The notes beneath the pieces were generated by a model. It ran no database searches, had not been told where the DNA came from, and saw nothing but the letters and a program-made list of their open reading frames with translations. Both the position numbers and the translations under genes were made by a program. Of a DNA stretch of 64,000 nt, positions 1 to 13,300 are shown piece by piece (positions within the stretch are counted from its first letter, which is position 1; every line of letters starts with the position of its first letter). Origin of the DNA: Octopus vulgaris (lineage: Eukaryota); contig OX597839.1 of assembly GCA_951406725.2 (NCBI GenBank), positions 35,774,001 through 35,838,000 of the forward strand, read 5' to 3'.

Positions 1-1109
1 TTATTTTAAAAAATTCACTCACAAGGCTTCTTCTGTTGGCATGATGCTGTAGTAAAAGATGCCTAAGGTGCCAAGCAGTGGGATTGAACTTAGAACCATG
101 CAGTTGGGAGTCAGACTCCTCAACCACACAGCTACACCTGCACCTTACATATGTATACACACACACACACTTATGTACACGTAGTCATTTATTTTCTGGA
201 AGCTGAAATAAGAGACTTTATGCATTTAGTAATTCTATCATTTTCTTTTTTTTTTTTTTGTTTCATGACAAAAAGGAAGAAAAGAAAAAAAATCATTCAG
301 TATGTAAAGGAAATTTCACCCCACCCCCAAATAAACTTGTGTTTGTGTGTGTGTGTCTTGTGCTTGGTTGCTAAAGCCTTTGCTCCGTCGTTGGGCAAAA
401 GCTTGTTAACCAAGATGTCGGGTTAGGATCTGTCTCAGTGTACCTTGCTGTAGAAAGAAATGGCTGTTGTCAAAAGAATCGTCTTCAACTTCAAACACTG
501 CCAACTTCATGGCACGGTGAACATCAAAGTATTTATCAAAGGATTTCAGGACAGATTTTAAAAAAAAAAAAAAATTTTTTTTAAACATATTTATGTCAGC
601 CGTTTAGTCTTACATGTTTTCATAAAGGCTTTTAGCGGCATTCTTTGCATTCACAAACTGTATTATATTTGTGACATTTCAAACCTTAGATCTTAAGAAA
701 TAGGGTTATATTAATATTATTATTGTTGTTGTTATTATTTTTATTATTATTATTATCATCTTTTTCATTGAAGTAACTCATTAATTAGTTAGGATTGTTT
801 CATTTACAATCACTGATGCTTTCTGAAACATAATGAACATCACTTATTCTCATGTAAAAAAAAAAAAAAATAATGATGATAATAATTGCGTCCTCATGCC
901 ATTTCCGAACTATACGTTGTCTTTGATGAAAATTGGACAAGCGGAACATTCAATGTCGATAAGCAGCAAAGATAAAACTGGTTATCGAAAATGCATTCAG
1001 AAATATTTCCATATTGTACATATTTCAAATGATGAATGAAATTAGTAATTTTAATTGTAAATGTGAACATTTTTTTTATATTTTATCTTTTGTGACAATT
1101 ATGACGATG

Positions 1110-1405
1110 AGTTGAGAGAGAAATTGATGATCGTAGTGTATGTAGAAGAGCGATGGTCATGTTGCTATGGATATAAAATGTGTACGGATGATGAAAGATG
1201 GGTGAAGAAATGCCAAGAGGTTCTTGTGGAAGGATCTAGCGGAAAAGGAAAACCAAAGATGAGGGAGAAGTAGTGAAGGCTGATCGCAGGATGTTGGACC
1301 TCGTAAAAGAAATGACAAAGAAACACAACAAATGTTAGGATGTTGTGTTGGAGGGTACTCACCTAACTCATGCAGACACTGAAAATCATACGTAATTGAT
1401 GATAA
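1110..1405 (+). mobile_element. Heavily degraded RTE-like LINE 3' end
   Basis: Remnant DDERWVKKC..VLVEGSSGKGKPK-like coding signature. Confidence 0.45.
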
Positions 1406-3000
1406 TGGCTGTATTAGTTACCACAGTATTTTATTAGAAAAAGGCAGCGAGTAGAGAGAAATGTTAGCATGCCGGGTGAAATGCTTAGCAGTATTTCGTC
1501 TGTCTTAACGTTCTGAGTTCAAATTCTGCTGAGGTCGACTTTACCTTTAATCTTTTCGGGAGTTGATAAATTAAGTACCAGTTGCATACTGGGGTCGATC
1601 TAATTGACTGGCCCCCCTCCCCCAAACTCTCGGGCCTTGTGCCTAGAGTAGAAAAGAGTATTTTATTAGAAAGCTAGGTTCTTTAAAGGTGTTATTTAAT
1701 TACAACATAAACCCAGCTGAACGCACTAGAAAAGCAACAGATTTGTAGTCAACTGCTCTTTGTAGGAAGAACAAAAATAATAAAAAATCACAACTGAACA
1801 TCCAAAAAAAAGCAAAAACTAGTAAAGGCATTCAACCGTTGCTATCTTAACAGTTTGGAGGTTTATAAATTGGCGACATTAATATAGAATGTGAAGGGTG
1901 TGTAGATCAGAGAGTCCCTGCAGGTTGAGATGTTACTTCTCTGCATTGAGAGGTCAGAACTCGGGTTCAAAGGACGTGATTAGAATTTTGCAGAATAGAA
2001 TTGCTAAAGGGATTTTTCAAACCAAACCAAACTACACGGGGGTAGACTGAGAATGGAATTGTTAAATGATATACTCTTTTACTTCTTTCAGTCATTTGAC
2101 TGCAGCCATGCTGGTGCACTGCCCTTAGTCGAGCAAATCAACCCCAGGACTTATTGTTTGTAAGCCTAGTACTAATTCTATCATTCTCTTTTGTCGAACC
2201 GCTGAGTTACGGGAATGTAAACAACAGCTTCGGTTGTCAAGTGATGTTGGGGGATGCAAACACAGACACACACATACATGTATATATACATATATACGAC
2301 AGGCTTCTTTCAGTTTCTGTCTACCAAATCCACTCACAAGGCTTTGGTTGTCCCGAAGCTATAGTAGAAGACACTTGCCCAAGGTGCCACACAATGGGAC
2401 TGAACCAGGAACCATGTGGTTGATAAGCAAGCTACTTACCACACAGCCACTTCTATGCCCATAGATATCCATAGTTTCAGTTCGTCACACTTGGGAATCC
2501 AGGAGGGAAGTGTAATAATGGCATCTTCTAATAGGACCCTAAGGGGGGGGGGGGAGATGCTTGAGGACTCAACTCCCATGAGTAATGGACAGAGAAAATT
2601 GATAGATGGATGGAACGGGCATTAGCTGAGTATAATTGCACAACATAGATCTCATGAAACAAGGGAGATAAATAGATGTTACTTGTATGTACTTGAAATT
2701 AAATTGGGGCGAATTACTTAAGAAGGATTCAAAGTTTTGTGATAAACATGTTGTCACAGCAGCCACAGTCCTCTCTGTTTTCCATCAAACGTAACAGTTG
2801 TTTGACCACCAATCATGTGCTGTTACACAAACATGGAATTTTCGGGATGCCGGTTCCACATTAAAATCCCCCATACACACTAATGTGGTTGGCATTAGGA
2901 AGGGCATCCTGCTGGAGAAACCATGCCGAAACAGACTAGGAACTTGGTGCAGCTCCTGTTAAACTATGCAACCCATGCCAGCATGAAAATCAGATTTTAA

Positions 3001-3215
3001 CCCTTTCATTACCAACCCGGCCAAAACCGCCTCTGGCTCTGTAGTACAAATGTCTTGTTTTCATAAGTTTTGAATTAAAATCTTCCTCCAAACCTTAGCC
3101 ACAATTTATGTTCCTAACACTAGCTTAACTAAGTTATTTTACTAAATTCTTTGTTATATTTAAAGTAATTGAAAGAAACACAGAGCATCTCAAAATAAAT
3201 ACGGTAATGAAAGGG
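3001..3215. mobile_element. piggyBac-type MITE family 1 (other copies at 55401-55621, 57717-57916, 22604-23317 x3, plus degraded copies)
   Basis: TTAA TSD on both sides; 13-bp TIR CCCTTTCATTACC/GGTAATGAAAGGG. Confidence 0.85.
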
Positions 3216-4317
3216 TTAAATAATAATGATGGATAATTGAGAATCCTTTCTTCAGTCTGTGATGTGGCAGACCAGAATAGTTCCAGTTTGGGATCCAAAA
3301 CAGTATCTAGAGACTCGTAGGCAGATTCCTCTCCATGCAAGTGGTCAATAATTTGTTTATTGGTCAGTTAAACTTCTTTGATATTAACCTGCCCGAAATG
3401 ACCTCTGGTTCTATGATATAAACTTCCTATCTTAAAGTGATCTAAATTATAGGCATAGAACTGGAGAAATGTGAAATGAAGTGTCTTGCTCAAGAACACA
3501 CAGCTAAGAATTGATCTCATGAGCCTGTGATCACGAGTTAAATACACTAATCACTAAGCCATGCACCTTCACAATGTCAAGATAAGGTGAGAGACCACCC
3601 TCTTCCATACACACTTGACAGGCTTCTCTACAGTTTCCGCTTACAAGGTATTAGTCAACCTGAAGGTGTAATATGAGACACATGCCCAGAATGCCTAGGG
3701 GTGGGACTGAACCCAAAACCACAATGTTGTGAAGCAAATTTCTTAACCACACAGCCATGCTTCTCTTAAGAAATACATTTGAGATTACTCTGTATTACTT
3801 AGTGATGCATTTGTGGCTATTAAAACTCAAAAAATTATGTAATTTCAGGATAATTTCTGCATACAGCAACTTCCATAGCCCTTTTGATACCAACCCATCT
3901 GAAACCACCCCTGGTTTTGTGGTTTAAACTTCCTGTTTAAATTGATCTGATTTAAAACCTTCCATTCAAATTTCCAATCACCAAATTAATAATAATAACA
4001 AAGTTATTTTACAAAATTCTTCATTATTTTTTAAAATTCTTGAAAACAAAAGCAGTGTATTTACAACAGAAATATGGTAACAAAAGGACTGAATTCCTTC
4101 TGTTCTCCAGCAAATATGAAGTCCAGAGATAAAGAGACCTTTTCCTTTTCATCTCTTATAGAATAAAATCAAAACACAAACTGTTTGTTTTGTATTTTAA
4201 GAAAATAAAAATCCCTATTATTTAATTTCACAATGTAGAAAGTATTACATTTTTAGCTAAAAAAGAGAAAGAAAAAAGGTCCTTAATAGAATTATAATTA
4301 CATCAAGAGGAGGGGAT

Positions 4318-4377
4318 TTATGTCCCTTCCAGACCAGATTCTAGAATCTTCAATAAATAACTGCCTAATTCTTCATC
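4318..4377 (-). CDS. INTS11: INTS11 last coding exon ([19 protein letters not shown])
   Basis: ctaattacag acceptor; DEELGS motif; TAA stop. Confidence 0.92.
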   Translation of the reverse strand, partial: DEELGSYLLKILESGLEGT

Positions 4378-7300
4378 CTGTAATTAGAAGAGAAAAAGAG
4401 TGAAACAATAATAACAAAAAAACTTATTAGAAATAATTGGTTCCATTATTTTCAGTAACAACAACATTATTAGTGACTTCATTTTCTACATATAATTTTA
4501 TATAAATACTATATTTTGACAACGTGTGTGTGTATATTATTATACAAGCACCATTCGAGCATAGCCGGTGGCATGTAAGAAGCACCATCTGAGCATGTTT
4601 GTAGCCAATGCTACCTGACTGCCACCCATGCTGGTGGCATGTGAAAAGCACCATTCAAGCATGGTCAGTGCCAGTGCCGCCTGACTGGCTCATGTGCCGG
4701 TGGCACGTAAAAAGCACTCACTACACTCTCATAGTGTTTGGCATTAGGAAGGGCATCCAGCTGTAGAAACCAAGCCACAACAGACACTGGAGCATGGTGC
4801 AGCCTCCGGGCTTGCCAGTACTCAAGTCAAACTGTCCAACCCATGCCAACATGGAAATTGGACGTTTAACAACAATGATAATGATGCTTGGTGGCACGTA
4901 AAAAGCACCATCCAAGTGTGGCTGTTCGCCAGCCTCATCTGGCACCTGTGTCGGTGGCACGTAAAAAGTACCATCCAAGCGTGGCTCATTGGAAACTTGC
5001 AACCAATGATGTTATTTTTTCTCTCAATATACAACAAAATAAAATTAAAAAAAAAAAAGGCAAAACAAAAGAACTCTGACCTGATGGAGCCATGAAACAG
5101 CGATATCTTTGGTTTCTTCATCTCCGGACACTTTGACTAGAACTGTGTCGGCAATTGTGATGGAACCGTCCGATGAGTAATGAATTGGGTAGTCTTTTAA
5201 TTTGCTGGAAATAGATTTCTTAGTTTAATACAGTCTTCAACAACACACATACAATTACATTATATATATATATATCTGGTACTAGCAGTATCGCCCGGCG
5301 TTGCTCGGGTTTGTAAGGGAAATAACTATATAAGCATTTTTAGAGAGTTATAGCCAAAAAATAGCAAAAAAATGATGGTAAATTTTTTTTTAAATCGTTG
5401 ACTCATCTAGACATTTTTAGAAAGTTACTTCCCTTATTTAATAGCGAAAAAATGCATTAAAATGGAAAAAAATTATAGTAAATTTTTTTTTAAATCGTAG
5501 ACGCGCGCTAATACCCAGAAGGGCTCGATATGAATCACAACTATAAGATACCCGGTTTTGGTTAAACTGCACGGCAAAATGTGGGAGTAGTTAAGAATCT
5601 AAATCGTAGGAGACAGACACACAACTTCACTTTTATATATAAAGATATGAGAATGAGACAATATCAAATTAAAATAGTCATCTGTGTATCATACTTGATG
5701 AATATACATGGTTGACAGGCCTGTTATGACAGTATTTATCCAAATATCAAATTCCGCCGAGATCGACTTTGCCTTTCATCTTTTCGGGGTCGATAAATTA
5801 AGTACCAGTTACGCACTGGGGTCGATGTAATCAACTTAATACCTATGTCTGTCCTTGTTTGTCCCCTCTGTGTTTAGCCCCTTGTGGGTAGTAAAGAAAT
5901 AAGTATTTATCCAAAGATAACGTTTCTTATAGACTTACTGTGTAAAAAAAACAAATATCAGAGAGAGAGAGTGAAAGAGATAGAAAGATAGACAGACAGA
6001 AAGAGAGATGAAAGTTCATCCCAATAAACCAAGTGGACAAAAAAAATATGGATAAGGCAAGTTTGCTTACTTTTTAATTTTTTGGTAAAGTTTGTCAGCG
6101 CTATCAGAGATGGGACCATCGTCATCAAGAGAAATAGTAGATGTGAACCGAAGCTGATGCTGCTTCAGGCCCAACTCCCGCATGGCCTGGGCTGGGTCAA
6201 CAAGTTGGCTTTTCTGTAGCAAGAACACAAGAAACATGAATGAAGACAGAAGAAGAATTATGAAATTACATATCTAAAAGGGGCTGCTGTTGCCTATGCA
6301 AAGATGGGAGGTGGTCAGCAGGTTCAAATCCCAGAAGGGTTGGTTTTGTAATTCTGATTCCTTCAGATCAATGGTTCGTAAATGGTAAGCACTTGGGATG
6401 CAGGGAAGGAACTGAGGAGGGGTTTTGTTTCTGACAGGAAGTCCAAACAGGAAAAGAACCCACACGACTGCATACAAATATCTCTCTCTATCATCATCAT
6501 CATTTAACATCTGTTTTCTATGCTGGCATGGGTTGGATGGTTTGACAGGAGCCGACCAGGTAGAAGAGACAACACCAGAATACAGTGTCTTGGCACGGTT
6601 TCTACAGCTTGATGCCCTTCCTAACACTAACCATGCTGGGCTGGATGGTTAGACAGGAGCCGGCCACGTAGAAGACTACACCAGACCACAGTGTCTGTTT
6701 TGGCAGGGTTTCTACGACTGGATGCCCTTCCTAACACTAACCATGGGTTGGATGGTTTGACAGGCACTGGCCAGCTGAAGGACTGCCCAAGCTCCATGGT
6801 TATTTTGGCAGGGTTTCTACAGCTGGATGCCCTTCCTGATGCCAACCAGATTTTCAAGCACAGCAAACTGCCAAGGGTCTTGGTCCTCTGTCATTCTCTC
6901 TGTGAATCCCAATGTCTGTAGATCCCTTCTCACCACTGTGTCCCATATATCCTGGGTCTAACCCTTCCACATGTTCCCTCTAAAGACATGTTGTCTCTCT
7001 CTTTTCCTAGTCTTTCATCAAACATTAATTACAAGACACTCCAGCAATGACAATCACTGATTCCTCTGATCCAACTCCCTCACATAATTGATAGGGAGCA
7101 GTAAAACACAGAGAGTGGCCCCTACTTTATAATTGTGGGGCATGACACCAACCGTAATATCTGCATAAATTTGTAAACATTCACACATACGCACTCACAA
7201 ATTTTCAGGTCAATCCGACCACATTTACTAACACTTTTGCCTGCACAACTGCTTGTGAGACGTCCGCCCTTTTCACAAATATAAAGTAGATATACATATG

Positions 7301-10300
7301 TATACACATATGCACACACACACGCACAAAAGAAAAATGACAATAGAAAAGAAATTTTCTTTTGTTTATCAATTTCGTTGCCTCTTAGCAAAAGTTTAAT
7401 TTCCTGTGACTGATATGAATCATACATTGTGAATGAGAATCACTAAGGACAAAGGGATGTGACAAGATATTTCATAAAAAATTATGGAATACCCTCAATG
7501 GAACAATGACACACACACACTCTCACTCATACATATACAATACATACATACATATATATATAAGGGGGGTACTGCCCACATTGGGAACCACTGCTCCAGT
7601 CCAGTGATGCCAATTGTAGCACAGCACGGTGTGTTATCACACACACACAAAGTCTGCAAGGAGAATCTGTCTCTTTGACACAGTTTCACAGCAAAGATTT
7701 CACCATGTTTGAATAGATGTAGACCATCATTTAACGTCTGTTTTCCATGCTGGCATGGGTTGGACAGTACGACACCAACTTGCTAGCTGGAGAGCTGCAG
7801 CAGTCGTCCGTTTTGGCATGGTTTCACCAGCTGGATGCCCTTCCTATAATGCCAGCCACTTTACAGAGTGCACTGGGTCCTTTTGTGTGATGCTGGCATA
7901 GGTGCTTTGTACGTGGCGGCACCTGTACACACCTGTATTTTAATCATTCCCACTTAGCATACTTTTAATTAACTTTACATTCAAATGTATTGATTAAATC
8001 ACACACAAAAATAACTGAGTAAACTCATAAACAATAGAAGGATAGGAAAATATAGAAAGAAAGTTGCATGAAAATATATTTACATTTGCTTTGATGACAA
8101 GGGCTCCATTCAGAATTCGTAATCGTTTGGGGTCAGGAACGGACAAACCTGTATGAGAAAAGAGATACTTATTTAGAGGGGACAAACAAGGACAGACAAA
8201 GGGATTAAGTCGATTACATCGACCCCTAGTGCGTAACTGGTACTTAATTTATCGACCCCAAAAGGATGACAGGCAAAGTCGACCTCGGCGGAATTTGAAC
8301 TCAGAACATAACAGCAGAAGAAATACCTGTTTCTTTACTACCCACAAAGGGCTAAACACAGAGAGGACAAACAAGGACAGACAAACGGACTAAGTCAATT
8401 ATATCGACCCAGTGCGTAACTGGTATTTATTTAATCGACCCCGAAAGGATAAAAGGCAAAGTCGACCTTGGCATAATTTGAACTCAGAACGTAACGGCAG
8501 ACGAAATACCTATTTCTTTACTACCCACAAGGGACTAAACACAGAGAGGACAAACAAGGACAGACAAATGGACTAAGTCAATTATATCGACCTCAGTGCG
8601 TAACTGGTACTTATTTAATCGACCCCGAAAGGATAAAAGGTAAAGTCGACCTCGGCGGAATTTGAACTCAGAACATAACGGCAGACGAAATACCTATTTC
8701 TTTACTACCAACAAGGGGCTAAACACAGAGAGGACAAACAAGGACAGACAAACGGACTAAGTCAATTATATCGACCCCAGTGCGTAACTGGTACTTATTT
8801 AATCGACCCCGAAAGGATAAAAGGCAAAGTCGACCTCAGCGGAATTTGAACTCAGAACGTAACGGCAGACGAAATACCGCTAAGTATTTCGCACGTCGTG
8901 CTAACAATTCTGCCAGCTCGCCACTTTGAGGTACTTAGTAACATAATGGTTTCTCACATGTTACAAGAGCAGAACATTTCAAGGGCTGGCATAGTAGATT
9001 ATACCCCCAGATATGACTGGTACATATTAGCTGGAGATGGAAGAAATGTGAAGTCAATAATCAACAGAATTTTACATCAGAATGTAAAAAGATCAGAAGT
9101 AAATCCTGCCAGGAAATATTTCAATACTGAACCCTTTAACATTGACATTACATGAATGCTTGCTAATTCATGTTGCTTTAAATTAATCAATCCCTCTCTC
9201 TCTTTCGGAGAGGCACAAGCACCTACACGTACATATTCACACACGGCAGTAACTTCCGCCTGCCGAATTCAATCACAAAGCTTCGGTTGGCTCGGGGCTA
9301 TAGCAGAAGGCACCTACCCAAAGTGCCACGCAGTGGGACTGAACCCGAAACCATGTAGCTATCATTTAAATTAATCAAGTACGACCACACTTGGAATTCG
9401 CATCATCAGTTTGGAACCCCTATTTTGCTCAGAACATTGACCTCCTGGAATCTGTTCAGAGACGTGCAACCAAACGCATACCCTCCATCAGACACCTACC
9501 ATATTCTGAGCGCCTTGTTTCCCTGGGCATGGATTCACTGAAGCTCCGGCGTCTGGCGACGGACTTGGTAATCACCCACAAAGTTATCAACCACCTCACC
9601 AACAACAACACTGAACACCTTTTTGATCTCCATGTGTCTAACACACGTGGACATGCCTACAAAGTCAGAAAACAACACAGCTCCCATGACTTTTGGAAAC
9701 ATTTTTTCACGCACAGAGTTGCTGAAGCATGGAATAAACTGCCTGCGTCAGTTGTTGACTGCCATGACACTGCATCCTTTAAGGCCTTCATGCTTTCCAA
9801 AATCCGCCAAAACTACACCTGATTATATATACACTTTAGATGAGTTGTAGTGCACCTGAGCACTGTACACAATTATTATTAATATTATTATTATTATCTT
9901 GTAGCTTTGAGACATCAAAGATGTGACTGTTAATTTTCAGGCTCAGTTCATAGGTTAAATTTATATAAAACTAGGGATGCTGGACTCTGAGAAAATGGGG
10001 GAAAATGAGAATGAAAAAAAGTATGTAATTGTGAATTAAATTGATATTTATTCTCTCGCAGGATGGCGTACTTTTTTCATGATTCACAGGAGTGGCTGTG
10101 TGGTAAGTAGCTTGTTTACCAACCACATGGTTCCCGGTTCAGTCCCACTGTGTGTTACCTTGGGCAAGTGTCTTCTACTATAGCCTCGGGACGACCAAAG
10201 CCTTGTGAGTGGATTTGGTAGATGGAAACTGAAAAGAAGCCCGTCATATATATGTATATATATGTGCATGTGTGTGTTTGTGTGTCTGTGTTTGTCCCTC

Positions 10301-13300
10301 TAGCATTGCTTGACAACTGATGCTGGTGTGTTTATGTCCCCCCGTTACTTAGCGGTTCGGCAAAAGGGATCAATAGAATAAGCACTGGGCTTACAAAGAA
10401 TAAGTTCCAGGGTCGATTTGCTAGATTAAAGGTGGTGCTCCAGCATGGCCGCAGTCAAATGACTGAAACAAGTAAAAGAGTAAAAGAGAGAGAGAGAGAT
10501 TTGACCTATATTGGATCTATAAACTGTGTGTGTGTGTGTGTATGACAGGTTTCTTTTGGTTTCTGTCTGCCAAATTCCCTCACAAGAAGGAATTTGGTAA
10601 AATGTTAAAAAAATAAAAAGAAAGAGCATCAAAACAAACCTGATAAAGAAGCTTCTCGTTTCAAGAGATTCACAGAAATGTCTAAAGGAACATTGTGTAT
10701 CGTCCGGATGACAGCTGTCTCACCATTTGCTGGCTTGAAACAGTCGATTCCTGAAAGGGAGAAACCAGAGGATGTAAGGTGAATATAGAAACAGGGGGGT
10801 TACAAGACATGGACATCATAACAACATGCAACACTTCTTGAAGTTGTTGCCTTGGAGCATCAGGGGTTTTAGGGATGCTGAGATGTTACAAACAGGGCCA
10901 TAAGATTAAGGCTGCGCGGTTCAGAAGCTTGGTTCCCAACCATACGATTTTGGGTTCAATCCCACTGCATGGCACCTTGGGCAAGTGTCTTCTACTTTAA
11001 CCCTTTCTGGGTTGAACTTTACCCTCCAGCTCGTCTCCAGAGCAAAAAGAATAAAGATGAGTAAAATCACCGTCTTCCATACATACAAGCTTTTCCTTTC
11101 AGGTGCTGGTGCCACTTAAAAGGCACCCGTGCCAGTAGCATGTAATAAGCACCCGGCACTCTCTATAAAGTGGTTGACATTAGGAATGGTATCCAGCCAT
11201 AGAAACCATACCTCAACAGACAAGTGGAGCCTAGGTGGCTCTTTGACTCAAACCATCCAAACAATTCTGCCAGCTGGCAGTCTTAAAACACGGTGTGTGT
11301 GTGTGTGTGTATATATAACATCCGTTTTCCATGTTGGCATGGGACGGTTTGACTGAAGTCTGGAGAGCCAGTGGCTGCACCAGACTCCAATCTGATCCGG
11401 CAATGTTTCTACAGCTGGAACCATTCTGAGAGTGTAGTGGGTGCTTTTTACATGCCACCAGAACAGGAGCCAGTGAATTGGGCCTGGCATCAACCACGTT
11501 TGGATGGTGCTCTTTACGTACCACCGGTGCAAGAGCCAGATGAAAAACAAAAACTGAAAGAAATGAGAGGAAAAGTGGAGTCAACTTACCAAATTCCTGT
11601 TGAATTTTCTGTTTGAGGAAATCCATTTTAGCTGCTTCTCCATGGACTAACATTACGTTACGTGGCTCACACTGCGACACCAACTGCATTATACCTTTAG
11701 CGTCAGCATGTGCACTGAATGACATGTATCTCACCTGCAGCTTCACCTCCAGCTTAACACCATCAAGCATGGGTCCCATGCGGCAGTGGTAGTAAGAGGT
11801 GGTGAATGAAGGAGAAAGAGAGAGAGAACAAAAGAAATGTTGAGTAGGAAGGAGGGGGTGATATATGGTGTAGGTAAATTAGGAAAGAAATGGAAATTTC
11901 GACAAAGAAATGCTAGGCTTCCACATGTCACAGGTCATCGTTTATACAGAATGATATTAGATTCAATGGTGGCAAGAAGGAAAATAATTGTTTTCTTTGA
12001 TCAGTCACTGTAATGGCTTTTACACACACACACATATATATTTCTTTAAATTCTTTAAATTGAAAGCTGCGGTCATGCAGGGGCACCACTGTATCTATAT
12101 ATAACTACAATAGAATCAAATACATAAAAAGCTCCATTTGAGCATGACTGGTGCCAGTGTCACCTGACTGGCACCCATGCTAGTGGCACGTAAAAAGTAC
12201 CATTTGAGTGTGGTCAATGCTAGTACTGCCTGACTGGCTCACGTGCCAGTGGCATTAGGAAGGGCATCCAGCTGTAGAAACCTTGCCAGATCAGATTGGA
12301 GCCTGGTGCAGCCTACTGGCTTGCCAGTCCTCAGTCAAACCGTCCAACCCATGCCAGCATGGAAAGTGAATATTAAATAGTAATGATGATGATTGTATAT
12401 TTTTTTTTATGACATTATAGGGCAGGTGTGAAAGACCTGATCTGGCCATTCTAAGCATAAAACAGGTAGAATATTTTGGCTGGATATGGTCAGTTTAAAT
12501 ACTAAAGGGTTAAAGCAAAAAAAGTCAACCAATGATAAATGTCTGAGAAGAATTTCTGTTTAATGACCCTGTGTGTGTGTCTGTGTGAAGACCCACAGGA
12601 GCTCTTATAACATCATCAGGGCCCACGTGTGTTGTAAATGTTATGCCTGTAAATAAATCACAGGACTTCAAATGTGATTGAAAAAACAGATATTACGCTA
12701 ATCTGACTAGTATCTTAGTTCTAATGTTAGAGTGCACCAGAGATGCAAGAAGAAAAACGTAAAAGAAAATAAAAATAATAAATATTATTATTCACTCACC
12801 ACTTGTTTCTCAAACTCCAACCGTTTGACCCCACTGAGCACTTTGTGTCCCACTGTCCCAGCAACACAATAACCAGGCATTATAAGCTGGAAGTAGACAC
12901 ATGTACACATATAGATATTGGTTTCCAATTGGATTCAAATTCTGGCACAAGGCCAGCAGCTTTGAGGAAGGGGATAAGTCAGCTTAACCTGACCCCCGTG
13001 CTGAACTTGTGCTTATTTCACTGACACCGAAAGGATGAAAGGCAGAGTTGACCTCGGCAGAATTTGAACTCAGAACGTACGGATAGATGAAATGCCACAA
13101 AGCATTTTGTTTGGCCTGCTAACTCTTCTGCCACCTTGCCAAACACACATTATAAAAGGATTTGTTTTTCTTTTAACTATAAAGAATGATAATTTCCTTT
13201 AGGAAATGTATAGAACTGAATTGACTCAGGTACAGTAAAATTTAAATGTAGAATTTTTTAAAAAATCAAAGAAGGCCATGGGCTGGTTCTCATCTTCAGG

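Noticed and set aside
345-590. Non-repetitive, coding-like stretch near the window start
   Set aside because: No frame gives a recognisable protein and there is no convincing splice pair; might be the end of a neighbouring gene but cannot be supported
2125-2464. Recurring ORFs of the [20 protein letters not shown] / [20 protein letters not shown] type (many across the window)
   Set aside because: Translations of SINE family A with variable frames and stops; not genes
8166-8922. Regular repeats suggestive of a CRISPR-like array (also 17059-17520)
   Set aside because: No unique spacers; whole units are duplicated; eukaryotic context with no cas genes
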